Part shown: piece by piece, positions 7,798 to 18,033 of the stretch | Numbering within the stretch: position 1 is the stretch's first letter | How the letters are laid out: each line of letters starts with the position of its first letter | Source: a virus | Reading direction: 5' to 3' (one strand) | DNA length: 61,373 nucleotides | Virus genome (UHGV): UHGV-1597594 | The notes under the pieces: model-generated | Told to the model about the DNA's origin: nothing | The model's database searches: none | Seen by the model: the letters and a program-made list of their open reading frames with translations, nothing else | Position numbers and translations under genes: made by a program

Positions 7798-9303
7798 TTA
7801 CAATTTGATTGCGCCTCTACGAGCAAGCTCTTCTTCAATCAATCGAACATGATTGTTAGCATACCAAAATTGCAATTTTTTGTGATAATTGCGAACGTTG
7901 CCAAGCTGTTCTTGAGTTTCTTTATACATTGAAGGCTCTCTGTTGTCATACAGACAATTGTTGACTGACACAAAGTAATTTGGGTCTGCTTTGTAATGCT
8001 CGATTTCATCAGGATTTGTTAAACGTCTAATAAAGTTGTCTGGTGAAATATTCGCCGAGCGCATACTTGACGGATACAACGAGTTTGCATCAACACAGAC
8101 AACCATACGAGCCCAATGGTTAAATGGTTGCTTAACAAAGCCGCCCTCAAATGAATGTACAACGTTCTCCGGCCCACCTTGAGCACATACAACTTTACCG
8201 CCATATTTGTTGTACAAATATGTCATCATGACGCCCTCAGATTGCTTAACTGGTCCTTGACAGTGATTCATGTCAATATTTGTCATATTTGACAATGACA
8301 TCACATTTGATATCAAGTCAGTTTTTGCAGCAATCATCGCATTGACCATCGTATCGACAGCATTATATGCAATGAATGTGCATGGATGATACAAATACAG
8401 CTCTTTAAGTGTGCAATCATAGGGTAGCTTACCTACACCAAACATGCGATGTGCAATATAGTCAAGTCGCAATGACTCTTTTTGCCACACTGAATAGTCG
8501 TATGTGTCCATGAGCTGCATGTAGTCATCAATGTACTTGTGGTATGGCATACCATTGCCCCAGACAGTTCTGCCAACTGGAGATGCCAATGCCAAATCAA
8601 TATTGTGCATTGCGCATCGATTTTTGACATAGATGTTATCGAAGCCATTGATGTTCCAGCCTGTCAATGCAGGAATGTTTTTGAAGAGCTTAGTCACCCA
8701 AAAATGCAACAATTCATGCTCATTTGCATGTTGAAAGATTTTGACAGTTGGATGTTCTTTCAAATACGCAGCAAAGCAATGTTGACCCATGTACTCTTGA
8801 ATGATGCCATTGACAAACTCAAATGCATCATCCAATGTTGGGTTTTGTTTGCCGCAGCTTTTGCGCAAATCATCATCATTCAACAAGTCAACAGTAGTCT
8901 GAATGACACAATTGCATTGTTCATCGCATGTACTTATTGCGTTGATAGGCATTTCAGCTTTGTCAGGCTTTGGAAAGCCATTGCCAATTTCAGTCTCAAT
9001 ATCGTAAAAGTACAACTTTGGTCTACGATAAGCAAACAATTCAGCTTTGTCAGCTTCAGGCAATTCAAATAAGAATTGCAGCAAGTCAAATTGATTGAAT
9101 CGTTTTGCTGTGACTCGAGTCACTGGCAATTTACGCCAATCTTGAATATCTGCATATTGAGGCTCTACGTGGTCTGATATTTGCCATACTGGAAATTGAT
9201 AAGGCTGTTCACAGACTGGGTATGTTTTGATGTCAATGCCACCTTGCTCATTAACATATGAGACTTCAATGCCATGTGACAAATATGCTACGTCAACAAT
9301 CAT
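7798..9303 (-). CDS. family B DNA polymerase, N-terminal fragment (3'-5' exonuclease domain + polymerase motif A)
   Basis: ATG at 9303. FYDIETE (Exo I), WNINGFD (Exo II), YNAVDTM (Exo III), VCVDANSLYPSS (motif A, DxxSLYPS). The ORF ends about 95 aa after motif A, without motifs B or C. Confidence 0.85.
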   Translation of the reverse strand: MIVDVAYLSHGIEVSYVNEQGGIDIKTYPVCEQPYQFPVWQISDHVEPQYADIQDWRKLPVTRVTAKRFNQFDLLQFLFELPEADKAELFAYRRPKLYFYDIETEIGNGFPKPDKAEMPINAISTCDEQCNCVIQTTVDLLNDDDLRKSCGKQNPTLDDAFEFVNGIIQEYMGQHCFAAYLKEHPTVKIFQHANEHELLHFWVTKLFKNIPALTGWNINGFDNIYVKNRCAMHNIDLALASPVGRTVWGNGMPYHKYIDDYMQLMDTYDYSVWQKESLRLDYIAHRMFGVGKLPYDCTLKELYLYHPCTFIAYNAVDTMVNAMIAAKTDLISNVMSLSNMTNIDMNHCQGPVKQSEGVMMTYLYNKYGGKVVCAQGGPENVVHSFEGGFVKQPFNHWARMVVCVDANSLYPSSMRSANISPDNFIRRLTNPDEIEHYKADPNYFVSVNNCLYDNREPSMYKETQEQLGNVRNYHKKLQFWYANNHVRLIEEELARRGAIKL

Positions 9304-9320
9304 ATATCATTATCTTTTTT

Positions 9321-9731
9321 TTAGAATAGAGATATTGTACAACAATTTGATTCAGGTTGCCATTCTACAATATGCGCATCAAAGTGTTTATTAAGCCAAT
9401 GTGCAAGTATGTGTCTATGACAAAATGCAGATGGCCTGCACCAGCATAACAATACAATATCTCTTTCGCCAGCAAGAATCTTTATGCGATGCAACATCAA
9501 ACTTATCTGTGACAATGCAGCGTCAAGTTTTGCAGTGTATTGTTCTGCATATTGTGCATTATCAAGCAAGCCTACTTTATGCAAACGAACAAGTGACATG
9601 TAATCAGGCATGACGTCAATCCATATAAAATCTGCTACGAAACCCTTGGGTTTTGTTGCAGACACTTGAACAAGAAATGCATTGTCAGGCAACTGTCTGC
9701 ATGCATAATATGAAGTCAAGATTCTTGTCAT
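9321..9731 (-). CDS. hypothetical protein
   Basis: ATG at 9731; 136 aa. Its last codons (NCCTIS) overlap the promoter-like box for the polymerase gene. Confidence 0.5.
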   Translation of the reverse strand: MTRILTSYYACRQLPDNAFLVQVSATKPKGFVADFIWIDVMPDYMSLVRLHKVGLLDNAQYAEQYTAKLDAALSQISLMLHRIKILAGERDIVLLCWCRPSAFCHRHILAHWLNKHFDAHIVEWQPESNCCTISLF

Positions 9732-10279
9732 TCTACAATAATTGTTGCAAGTTTGTTAATTGGCTGTATGAACACTTCAAAGCTTTTAACAGTCCCAAAC
9801 GCAGTTCGTTTTACTGCGTACAAAACTGTAGTATTCACATCATGCTTTGCATAACGAGTTTCAATGACTTGACTGATGTAGCCTTTGGAGTCTCGAATGT
9901 ATTCTACGCTTGTAGCAATTTTGTTTGCTTTGATAGAATTTACTGTTATCAATGCATCATTCTGACCATACGCATATTGCATTGTTGCTGTAGATGGCTT
10001 TGCAGCATTTACACTTAACTGCTGAATGACTTGCATTTTGCGACCATGCGAATCATAGTAATATGTGAATGTGCATGGAAACTTGCCAACCAAACTGTTC
10101 AAATGACGCAACTGCTCATAATGATAACTGAACTGCACTACACTACTATTAGATTCACAAATGCTGCTTGGTCTGTAGTAGCCATTGAAGTACTCATACT
10201 GAATTGTGTATGTTTCAAAATGACCTCTACGATACAAACTAAGCAAGCTAAGCATATTCGTGACTCCGTCGACATGCAA
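9728..10279 (-). CDS. hypothetical protein
   Basis: 183-aa ORF; the track start at 10279 is TTG, the first in-frame ATG is at 10255. Confidence 0.45.
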   Translation of the reverse strand: MHVDGVTNMLSLLSLYRRGHFETYTIQYEYFNGYYRPSSICESNSSVVQFSYHYEQLRHLNSLVGKFPCTFTYYYDSHGRKMQVIQQLSVNAAKPSTATMQYAYGQNDALITVNSIKANKIATSVEYIRDSKGYISQVIETRYAKHDVNTTVLYAVKRTAFGTVKSFEVFIQPINKLATIIVE

Positions 10280-10345
10280 GAACTTGATGTCTGCGCATGC
10301 ATTGCTCTTGGCATAATCAGCTGCATTCCACTTATCAACGACTTT

Positions 10346-10651
10346 TCAAGAGTAGCATTTGATGCTTTGATTGCGCTCATTGACAAAGTGTATGCCATTT
10401 GACTGCACCTTGACAATGTCATAGCAATTCAAATGCCCATTGCTGTCAATAAATTTCTGCAGCCAGTTTAAGGCCATGATATTTGTTGCAAATGTCTGTG
10501 CAAATGCAATTTGACCATCTGCAAATGCTGCTGTGTATGTCTTGTTCTTATCGTAGATTGGCAGTGTTGCATCTGCATATGATGATGCTACAAATGCATA
10601 CCCAATTACGTTATTCTCAGAACTTAAATTAGAGTGTCTCAACTGTTCCAT
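10346..10651 (-). CDS. hypothetical protein
   Basis: 101-aa ORF in the tiling path; no motif. Confidence 0.4.
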   Translation of the reverse strand: MEQLRHSNLSSENNVIGYAFVASSYADATLPIYDKNKTYTAAFADGQIAFAQTFATNIMALNWLQKFIDSNGHLNCYDIVKVQSNGIHFVNERNQSIKCYS

Positions 10652-10813
10652 GTGCCATTACGCTTACGACGTTCAATTTCTGCCTCAACATCATCAATGT
10701 CATGATTTATTTGAGCAAGACGAATGTCATTGTCATACTCTTTAAGTAGCTGTTCAAACAAATCTTCTTTGAACTGCTTCAAACGTTCATTTGAAAATGC
10801 TCTTACGTTCATA

Positions 10814-11383
10814 TCAAAGTCTACATTCTTTTTCAAGTTTCTTGTCATTGATGACAACATTCAACAAATAGTTGACATGTTTGCATGAATGACGATACAT
10901 AAAGCCTGGGCAATCACAATACGCTTGCATTGATTCAGGATATAACACAAGTACATGCGAGTTACCTCGTGAACCAAAGACTTTGTACTTGACTGGCATT
11001 GTTGGCAAGCCAAGCAAATTGTTAATGTCTTGTGAATGCCTGATGTTATGCAGTTGTTTAAGTGAAACCCAATGTTCTGCAGCTTCAGTAACAGACATCA
11101 AATCAATGCCAAATGCTTGCTTGTATTGCTGTTTGCAAAACAATTGCCATTTGTGCGCATATGAAGAGTTCTTTTGCAGCATCTCTTTATGCAACAAATA
11201 CTCTTCAATGTATCTTGGCTGCCAACGAGTAGACCATGACGCAAATTCAGGCACAAACTGAATGTCTTCAAGAGTTGTGCCTACTGGTACAGAATGCCAA
11301 GCATCACCTGTACATGCATAAGTGCCTGTTGTTGTTACAATTATTGCCGGGTTACATTTGCCAATGATTTGAATCTTGTCCAT
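10814..11383 (-). CDS. SWIM-type zinc-finger protein
   Basis: C-terminal YCDCPGFMYRHSCKHVNYL fits the SWIM CxCxnCxH zinc-finger pattern. Confidence 0.6.
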   Translation of the reverse strand: MDKIQIIGKCNPAIIVTTTGTYACTGDAWHSVPVGTTLEDIQFVPEFASWSTRWQPRYIEEYLLHKEMLQKNSSYAHKWQLFCKQQYKQAFGIDLMSVTEAAEHWVSLKQLHNIRHSQDINNLLGLPTMPVKYKVFGSRGNSHVLVLYPESMQAYCDCPGFMYRHSCKHVNYLLNVVINDKKLEKECRL

Positions 11384-11589
11384 CTTATTTATGATTTGAT
11401 GTCTTGTATTTATATTATATGTTGATATTGTACAACGCTAAGTGTCATTTTGCACTGTCGCCACCAATTTTTATTGATGGTGTTGCAAACAATGCAAGCA
11501 AACACCAGCCACTTTTAGTGACTGCACAAGCAACTGCTATTGCAGCAAAGAAGCTTGCATAAATGATTGCTGCAGCAAGCCAACTTGTT

Positions 11590-11886
11590 TTATCGCTGCA
11601 TTTGTTGTTCGATAAGTTCTCCATTGATAATGTCTTGTCTAATGTATACGCCCTTTAATGTTGGATGCTGCTTTATGAGTGTCATATGACCGATGACATG
11701 CACTTTGTGATTTTTAGACAACACAATGCCATGTTCAAATACAGCATGAGTATCTGTAAATCGCAGCAATTTTACTGCAGGCGCAATGCAATTGACAAAG
11801 TACAATTTACCAATTTGCGCATCTGCTGCTTTAATTTTGTCTTTCATTGTTATGCAATTTGAGTGCTGGCGTATTTTATGAGCCAA
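11590..11886 (-). CDS. hypothetical protein
   Basis: 98-aa ORF; no motif. Confidence 0.4.
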   Translation of the reverse strand: MAHKIRQHSNCITMKDKIKAADAQIGKLYFVNCIAPAVKLLRFTDTHAVFEHGIVLSKNHKVHVIGHMTLIKQHPTLKGVYIRQDIINGELIEQQMQR

Positions 11887-12134
11887 GCATACACGTCATA
11901 GTGAAAAATCTTCACATAATGCGGCATACTAAAGCATTCACCACAACTGCAATGAGCATCAATGTTGCCTGTAATGACATTATACGTTAGCCGAACAATT
12001 TCATATGACTCAGAGCCCATTTGACAATGCTGCTTAATGTCAATTGTTCTGCCAAATCGCTTACGAAACCATATCACAAGTTGTACATACAAATCATCAA
12101 TGTTTGATGTCATTGAGCAGTCTTTCATATGCAT
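11850..12134 (-). CDS. hypothetical protein (Cys-rich)
   Basis: 94-aa ORF with CSCGEC; no further assignment. Confidence 0.4.
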   Translation of the reverse strand: MHMKDCSMTSNIDDLYVQLVIWFRKRFGRTIDIKQHCQMGSESYEIVRLTYNVITGNIDAHCSCGECFSMPHYVKIFHYDVYAWLIKYASTQIA

Positions 12135-12600
12135 ACGGATAATCAGGATTTGTTAGCAAACGCTTAATAAACTGTTTGAGTGCAAATTTGCTATCAAATG
12201 ATTGAACTGCAGGCCTACCAACAAATTTGAGATATTTGATTGCTTCTTTAGCAAATTTGCCTGCAGCATTGTCATCGAGCATTATGTATGATGTCAAAGT
12301 GTCAATCATAAAAATGCTTCGCCAGCTTGGTGCGCCACAAACAACTTCTACTGCATTTCTGTTAGGAATGCGTCGTACACGCACATTAAGAATAGTCATC
12401 AAGTCATTCCAAGATGCATCTCTGCATGTACATGGCTGCAAATTCCACTGACGTGTCATATGACACCAATATAGAATCGTGTTTACAGGCAATTCTGCTC
12501 GTTCAGTCTTGCTAAGTCTATGACCATCTGCTGCATAGACAGCTTGTCTGCTAATTTGAACAGAGCTAAGCTTGCCTCGTTTGTGCGTAACTGCTACCAT
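12097..12600 (-). CDS. hypothetical protein
   Basis: 167-aa ORF; no motif. Confidence 0.5.
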   Translation of the reverse strand: MVAVTHKRGKLSSVQISRQAVYAADGHRLSKTERAELPVNTILYWCHMTRQWNLQPCTCRDASWNDLMTILNVRVRRIPNRNAVEVVCGAPSWRSIFMIDTLTSYIMLDDNAAGKFAKEAIKYLKFVGRPAVQSFDSKFALKQFIKRLLTNPDYPYAYERLLNDIKH

Positions 12601-12992
12601 GTCTTTGCGTAGTTAATGAGCTGCTTAATATCAAAGAATGCAGGATTGTCGTACGCAGACTTGTTGTAATCGAAGATGACACAAATGTTGTTGCCAAGCA
12701 ATCTGCAGTTGCCATAGATTTTTGCAATCTTTGTGTTACGTTTCTTGTCAACGCAAATATTGATTGCTCGTACTTTCATGACATCAAGCCACTGACCAGT
12801 GTATTCATTCTGAACTGCAGATGGTTCACAAGTTGGCAATGCAAGCACATATGTCTTACCACTGTCAAGTCGTTCAATAACTTCGCCATGATATCGAGGT
12901 TCAAGAATGTTGATGCCATTAACATCAGGATTTGCTGTTCGTAATGCAACTTTCAATTCTTCTGTAGTTGCGTTGTAGTTTATTCTTTGCAT
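12594..12992 (-). CDS. hypothetical protein
   Basis: 132-aa ORF; no motif. Confidence 0.5.
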   Translation of the reverse strand: MQRINYNATTEELKVALRTANPDVNGINILEPRYHGEVIERLDSGKTYVLALPTCEPSAVQNEYTGQWLDVMKVRAINICVDKKRNTKIAKIYGNCRLLGNNICVIFDYNKSAYDNPAFFDIKQLINYAKTW

Positions 12993-13007
12993 GTCGATTG
13001 ATATTTG

Positions 13008-13382
13008 CTATTCGAAATCTGCATCATCTACATTTTCATTAGGGTCATAGATAAGCCATACAAATGCTGCACAGCCAAGTATGAATAAGCCTCCGCCAAT
13101 GATTGTCGTAAAAACCGAACCAATCCAATGCTTCATAATATCACCGAGCGGATTCAATGTTTCATAGCCAATCATAAATGCGACAAATACAACTATTATT
13201 GCTGCTATTGCTTTGTTTGTGGTGTTTCGTTTTATTGTTGCCATTGTAGTAGAGGTTTGTTGTGTTCTGTATATTATGTTCGAATATATGAGGACATATA
13301 TTATATATAGATATATTATACAACAACAACACAATTTTTGCACACTTTTATAAACCAAAATTTCACAAAAATGCAAACACAA
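13008..13382 (-). CDS. small membrane protein (true start probably an internal Met near 13247)
   Basis: Hydrophobic stretches AIAAIIVVFVAFMIGY and IGGGLFILGCAAFVWLIY; the N-terminal 45 aa of the track ORF are low-complexity and overlap the plus-strand gene. Confidence 0.45.
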   Translation of the reverse strand: MCLHFCEILVYKSVQKLCCCCIIYLYIIYVLIYSNIIYRTQQTSTTMATIKRNTTNKAIAAIIVVFVAFMIGYETLNPLGDIMKHWIGSVFTTIIGGGLFILGCAAFVWLIYDPNENVDDADFE

Positions 13383-13679
13383 GAAGTTTTAACGGATGTC
13401 ATTGACATGTCACAATCAGCTCGCAATTATGCGCTTGGCACTGTATGTGACGCAGAAGAGCATGAAGATGCTGTTGAAGCAGTTATCGAAGATTACATGC
13501 AAGGCGCAAGAGAAATGTACGTCAAGCTGACTACATTTGTCAATGTCAATGATGCAGTGCCTGCAAATAACTACCCAGTCATTGCAAAGCTTGCAAATGA
13601 TTCATATGCAATTGCAACATTTGAAAATGACATGTGGTCAGTTGACCATATTGTTGCGTGGCGCAAGTTGCACATTTAA
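13338..13679 (+). CDS. hypothetical protein (plus-strand island)
   Basis: 113-aa plus-strand ORF ending 13 bp before a bidirectional terminator. Confidence 0.5.
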   Translation: MHTFINQNFTKMQTQEVLTDVIDMSQSARNYALGTVCDAEEHEDAVEAVIEDYMQGAREMYVKLTTFVNVNDAVPANNYPVIAKLANDSYAIATFENDMWSVDHIVAWRKLHI

Positions 13680-13691
13680 GATTACAGCACA

Positions 13692-13728
13692 ACAAAAAAA
13701 GTCCGAGCAATGCTCGGACTTTTTTTGT
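13692..13728. terminator. bidirectional intrinsic terminator between convergent genes
   Basis: aaaaaaagtccgagcaatgctcggacttttttt: 9-bp perfect stem agtccgagc/gctcggact, 3-nt loop, A-run on one side and T-run on the other. Confidence 0.75.
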
Positions 13729-13742
13729 TGTGCACTGATTGT

Positions 13743-16700
13743 CTATCGAACAATCGATGTAATTGATGCTACTGGTATCGTACCAATGATTGATGTAGTT
13801 GAGCGGAAGTCTGCATAGACTTTAATGTCAAATGTGAACTCCTTGCCACCAATGTAGCATATGAAATTCATTGTTTTTGTGTATGACAACTTGTTTTGCT
13901 GAGCATTGCTGTCAATATCAGATGAACCAACTGCATCAGTCATACGAGCCTGGAACAACAATGGTATCAACAATGCATTGTTTTCACCAGGCTTAACTAC
14001 ATAAGCTGCAGAATCAGTACTATTCGAAACTTGCATTTGATTGACTGCTGTCGGATTCAACAGTAAGAATGCGCCACGACTATTTGCGCCGACTGCATAG
14101 ACGTCGTTGTCTGTGAATGCACATTTAGGTGCGTTTTCTGCAGTAAGTTCGAGTGGCAGAATCTGCTGATACTTTGACTTGATAACAGAATTGAACTTAG
14201 CAAGCTCTGCAAATGCTGCAGTCAATGCTGATTTTGTTTGCTCATTCTTGTTTGCTGAGTATGCAATCCATGCTGGATGCTGAACAGATATCAGATTATA
14301 TGCGTCTGATGACACTGTAGACTTCAATGCAATTGCTTCATAATCATCGCCATTCTTATGAACGAACTTGCGATTTGCTGCTTGTGCAGAAGTGTCAATA
14401 TTTTGTGTTTCTACAGTAGACGATGATGGTGTTTCTGCAGCAACATACAGCTTTTCTGTGCCTGCTACGTTTTTCAAACCAGCATACAATGCTTGGCCCA
14501 TGTATTGACGAGTGCCATATGGTGCCAAGATGTCATTGCTGTCATATGCATCGCTGTTAAGCACTACAGGCACATCATAGACATCTGCAAAATCTTGTAG
14601 CTTGTCTGTAATATGCTGTGACAAGTCACCATGATATCGTGGGTACAATGAAATGTTTTCTGCACCAATGTTGTAGAACTTCAGCCAATATTGTCGAGTA
14701 AGCACTTTGCCATAGTTGTCTGCTGAAGTAATGTCAAACTTATCTGCATAAGTGCCAGCAAACAAAACATTGCTTGAGCCATTCAGAATTTCTGTTTGAT
14801 TGCCCTCATCATCTACAATTGCAACTCTAAGCATTGAGCCCTGATTCAGAATGATATCTTTGAGCTGTGCTACTTCATTGCTAAGTGAAAGCAGTTTTTC
14901 GTATGTCGTCACTTTTGCAAGCTCTGATGTAAAGAAGCCTGATGCAATGTTTTGAGCATTATGAGCATAGTAGATATTGTTTTCTGAGAATGCATCTGCA
15001 ATATGCTTGATAAGACCTTTGTTCTCAAGCATATTTTCAAGAGCTACATTTTGCTTGTCAATTGCAAGTTCATCTTTAAGTGTGACAAACATTGCAGAAG
15101 CTGCAAGACTTTCTGGGAATTGAATGCTAACAATATTCGACCACTCAGATTCATTGAGTACATTTGGATAGCCTGCTTCGCCAATCGCTTTAACACGGAA
15201 CTGAACAATCTCATTAGCAGAAATTGGAATTTCAAGCTGATTGCATGAGATTGCATCAATGGATTCTGAATTGATTGGTTCCCATTGAATGCTACCATCG
15301 ACAATGATTTTGCGACGAAGTGGCGTAAACACTTCATTCCATGTGCTAAATGCTGCTGTCGTAATTGTGCCTGCTGCGTTTTCGATGTCAAATGTGTCTG
15401 CCTTTGCTACTGTGCCATTCAATGATGCATATCTGTACTGCACCTTGAATTGCACAATGTTTTGTGCTGCAGTAAACCTACTGATTGCAGGGTCTTGTAC
15501 CGGTAAGAAGCCTCGAACTCTGAACTTTGGATTGTACAATGCGTCATATGCAGCACCATTGATATTCAGCATCTCATCAATGATATTTGTGAGTGTTTGC
15601 AGTCGTTCTGCTCTTTGCTGAGTCAATGTAACATATTGTGTAGATGCTTTTTGACGTTCAACGTCATTCTTGAAGTTATTTGTATTGAGCTTTGACATCA
15701 CAGATGCGATATCAGAGTCAAGCACAGACATTTCTTGCTGAACTGCTCGTTTTTGATTGTACAATGACAAAATTCGAGATTTGTCAGTGTTGTCAATTAA
15801 ATGCGTGTTAAGCTGAATGACTTTGAATGCTTCTGCAGACAATTGCAAACGATTTGGCTTAATTGCATATTGCGATGGCGCAAGCATATCAGTAGTCAAT
15901 GCGGCAATATAAGCGCCAATTGATACGTCGCCATGTGACAACATATACGAGTTTGCATTGACAAGCTCATTTGTTGCAGTACGAATTGTAAGTGTTGCAG
16001 TGTCAATCAAAACTGCTGGGCTGTACTGAGCTACTGTGTTGTACGCATCATGCACAGGTGACAAGAACAACACGAATTTTTCAGAATGTCGAAGTGGTAC
16101 TTCAACGACTTTTCGAACAATGGGCTCTACAAAGACGAGGTCAGTGACTTCTACATTCAATGCGTTCAAGCCTGCAGTACGTTGTAGTATGCATGTTTGC
16201 GACAGTTTGTCAATTGAGACAATTTGCAGTAATACTGAACCAGTCGGGTCTGATAACGTGTCACCGACTTTCAATGTCAGTGAACCAGCAACTTTTGCGT
16301 CAATTGCATCATATACAATGCTGTCAAGTTTGACAGCGATTGTGCCATTGTTCGCATTTTGCTTCTTGAGAATTTTGAAGCTGCCGCTTGATGTTGCTCG
16401 TCGTGGTCGCAAATTAACTGTGAAGTCTTCAAGAGTATAGTCATCATCAGTATGCCAGCCATGCGCATCAATTTCAGCAAGCAATGCAGCATGGCTCATT
16501 TCAATGCCTGTTTGTGCCACAATTTGCTGCAATGCAGCAAACATGGCATCTGAGCATATGTACTTTGTAACTTGACATTGTTTAAGATATGATGATGCTT
16601 GACCAGTCACATCAATTTGCACATGCATACCAAGCGCTGTTGTGCGTTCAAGCATATCATTGCCAAGTGCGACAACATTGTTATCTTCTGCTATCGTGCC

Positions 16701-17048
16701 CTGCAAAGTCTTCAATGTCTCAGGCTGATTCAGTAAGCTCATATGCACCATTGTACGCATATTGTTGTTTGCATCTACAAGTTGTGCATACAACTGCTCA
16801 CCATTATTTAAGCCTGTCAAGACTTTCATATTTTGCTCAATGACAGCCATGCGACGTTGAATTGACGCAAAGCTTGGCACAGTAATGCTTGTTGTGCTGC
16901 CATTGTCATTTGTCAATGTTATTGTGACTGTATCTTCTGATGATGATACTGCTGCTTGCAACACATCAAGATACTGCAGACTGTTATTGTACAGCTGCTT
17001 GATTTCTGTCAGCAATTGCTGCATTGCATTTGTTGAAACTTCTGACAT
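13743..17048 (-). CDS. large (about 1100 aa) hypothetical protein, probably virion structural
   Basis: Track start 17084 is TTG; the first ATG (MSEVSTN) is at 17048 and is preceded about 20 nt upstream by the promoter-like box (tgtttgtacatattc on the coding strand). Structural role is inferred from size and neighbourhood only. Confidence 0.7.
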   Translation of the reverse strand: MSEVSTNAMQQLLTEIKQLYNNSLQYLDVLQAAVSSSEDTVTITLTNDNGSTTSITVPSFASIQRRMAVIEQNMKVLTGLNNGEQLYAQLVDANNNMRTMVHMSLLNQPETLKTLQGTIAEDNNVVALGNDMLERTTALGMHVQIDVTGQASSYLKQCQVTKYICSDAMFAALQQIVAQTGIEMSHAALLAEIDAHGWHTDDDYTLEDFTVNLRPRRATSSGSFKILKKQNANNGTIAVKLDSIVYDAIDAKVAGSLTLKVGDTLSDPTGSVLLQIVSIDKLSQTCILQRTAGLNALNVEVTDLVFVEPIVRKVVEVPLRHSEKFVLFLSPVHDAYNTVAQYSPAVLIDTATLTIRTATNELVNANSYMLSHGDVSIGAYIAALTTDMLAPSQYAIKPNRLQLSAEAFKVIQLNTHLIDNTDKSRILSLYNQKRAVQQEMSVLDSDIASVMSKLNTNNFKNDVERQKASTQYVTLTQQRAERLQTLTNIIDEMLNINGAAYDALYNPKFRVRGFLPVQDPAISRFTAAQNIVQFKVQYRYASLNGTVAKADTFDIENAAGTITTAAFSTWNEVFTPLRRKIIVDGSIQWEPINSESIDAISCNQLEIPISANEIVQFRVKAIGEAGYPNVLNESEWSNIVSIQFPESLAASAMFVTLKDELAIDKQNVALENMLENKGLIKHIADAFSENNIYYAHNAQNIASGFFTSELAKVTTYEKLLSLSNEVAQLKDIILNQGSMLRVAIVDDEGNQTEILNGSSNVLFAGTYADKFDITSADNYGKVLTRQYWLKFYNIGAENISLYPRYHGDLSQHITDKLQDFADVYDVPVVLNSDAYDSNDILAPYGTRQYMGQALYAGLKNVAGTEKLYVAAETPSSSTVETQNIDTSAQAANRKFVHKNGDDYEAIALKSTVSSDAYNLISVQHPAWIAYSANKNEQTKSALTAAFAELAKFNSVIKSKYQQILPLELTAENAPKCAFTDNDVYAVGANSRGAFLLLNPTAVNQMQVSNSTDSAAYVVKPGENNALLIPLLFQARMTDAVGSSDIDSNAQQNKLSYTKTMNFICYIGGKEFTFDIKVYADFRSTTSIIGTIPVASITSIVR

Positions 17049-17081
17049 ATGCTTAAAATGTGATGTTTGAATATGTACAAA

Positions 17082-17116
17082 CAAAAAGACTGCTACAATA
17101 ATTTGCAGCAGTCTTT
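17082..17116 (-). terminator. intrinsic terminator downstream of CDS 17135-18028
   Basis: 8-bp stem agactgct/agcagtct with A-run 17082-17086, giving a T-run after the hairpin on the minus transcript. Confidence 0.5.
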
Positions 17117-17134
17117 GATAATTGTTTGTTTATG

Positions 17135-18028
17135 CTATGTCAATGCAATGAAGACGTCACCAGACTGTTCAGCTTCAAGCTCTTTTTCGACTTGTTGTTG
17201 CATTGTTTGACCTTTTGATGCAAGCCGGTCAAAGTTAATGCGAACATTGCCGGGCAACTTGAAGTCATATGTGCCAATGATATCTGCAAGCTCTTGCATG
17301 CATTGACCTGTGCAGTATCTCAAGAAACGTCTGTCTTCATACAATGATTGCAGCGGCACTCTTACCCAACACATCAACACCAAATCAGACCCTTCATTAT
17401 CACCAAGAACGTTCAGCTTATGACTAAATCTGTTGAAGTTATACGTGATTGTTCGTTGCAAAATGCTTTCATACGTGCCAATTTCATACATTGTCACCCA
17501 CAAGTCATCTGCAATTGATGCATTTTGAGAACCTGCAGGTCCAGCGTAGTTAAATGACACGCCATTCGCTTCACTATAAAAGTTAATTGAGTTGCTGAGC
17601 AGTCGTTCAAGATAAAAGTTTGCGCGCCGCATTGACAACTTATGTTGCGATTCAAGTAGTTGAACGTCTGATACAGCCCAAATTTGTGGCGGCAATTTGA
17701 CAATTTTGTTTGCGCCATCAGTCATGTCAATATTGCGAACAACAAACCAACGCTCTTCAAGAGCAGACTCAGAATGTTCAAAAAACCATTCTGCGCAAGT
17801 CTCAATGATTTGTGGCATACGAGTCTTCGGAATTGCAAATGGCAATGCGCAGCCTCGTGTGACTTCTTGTACAAGTCGCTCAATGAATCGCAAATCTACA
17901 CTGTAGTCATATCGAGAATTGATATTTTCGACTTCAGGCTTATTGCAATCATTTGTTGTTGCGCCTTCAACTTTCCAAGAAGTTGCGCCATCATTGAATT
18001 CTGCTTGTGGTTTGCGATTGACTTTCAT
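17135..18028 (-). CDS. hypothetical protein
   Basis: ATG at 18028; 297 aa; no motif. Confidence 0.6.
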   Translation of the reverse strand: MKVNRKPQAEFNDGATSWKVEGATTNDCNKPEVENINSRYDYSVDLRFIERLVQEVTRGCALPFAIPKTRMPQIIETCAEWFFEHSESALEERWFVVRNIDMTDGANKIVKLPPQIWAVSDVQLLESQHKLSMRRANFYLERLLSNSINFYSEANGVSFNYAGPAGSQNASIADDLWVTMYEIGTYESILQRTITYNFNRFSHKLNVLGDNEGSDLVLMCWVRVPLQSLYEDRRFLRYCTGQCMQELADIIGTYDFKLPGNVRINFDRLASKGQTMQQQVEKELEAEQSGDVFIALT

Positions 18029-18033
18029 AGAGT

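Noticed and set aside
3145-9303. Intein or group I intron interrupting the polymerase
   Set aside because: The two polymerase parts are in separate ORFs, each with its own ATG, separated by five independently initiated genes and promoter-like motifs; there is no single in-frame insertion with intein splice motifs.
17049-17084. ORF-track start coordinates at 17084, 1542, 39138, 52161 and 10279
   Set aside because: These first codons are TTG on the coding strand; an in-frame ATG lies a few codons downstream (10279 less clearly so, with ATG at 10255) and in several cases removes an overlap with a terminator hairpin or neighbouring gene, so the ATG was preferred.
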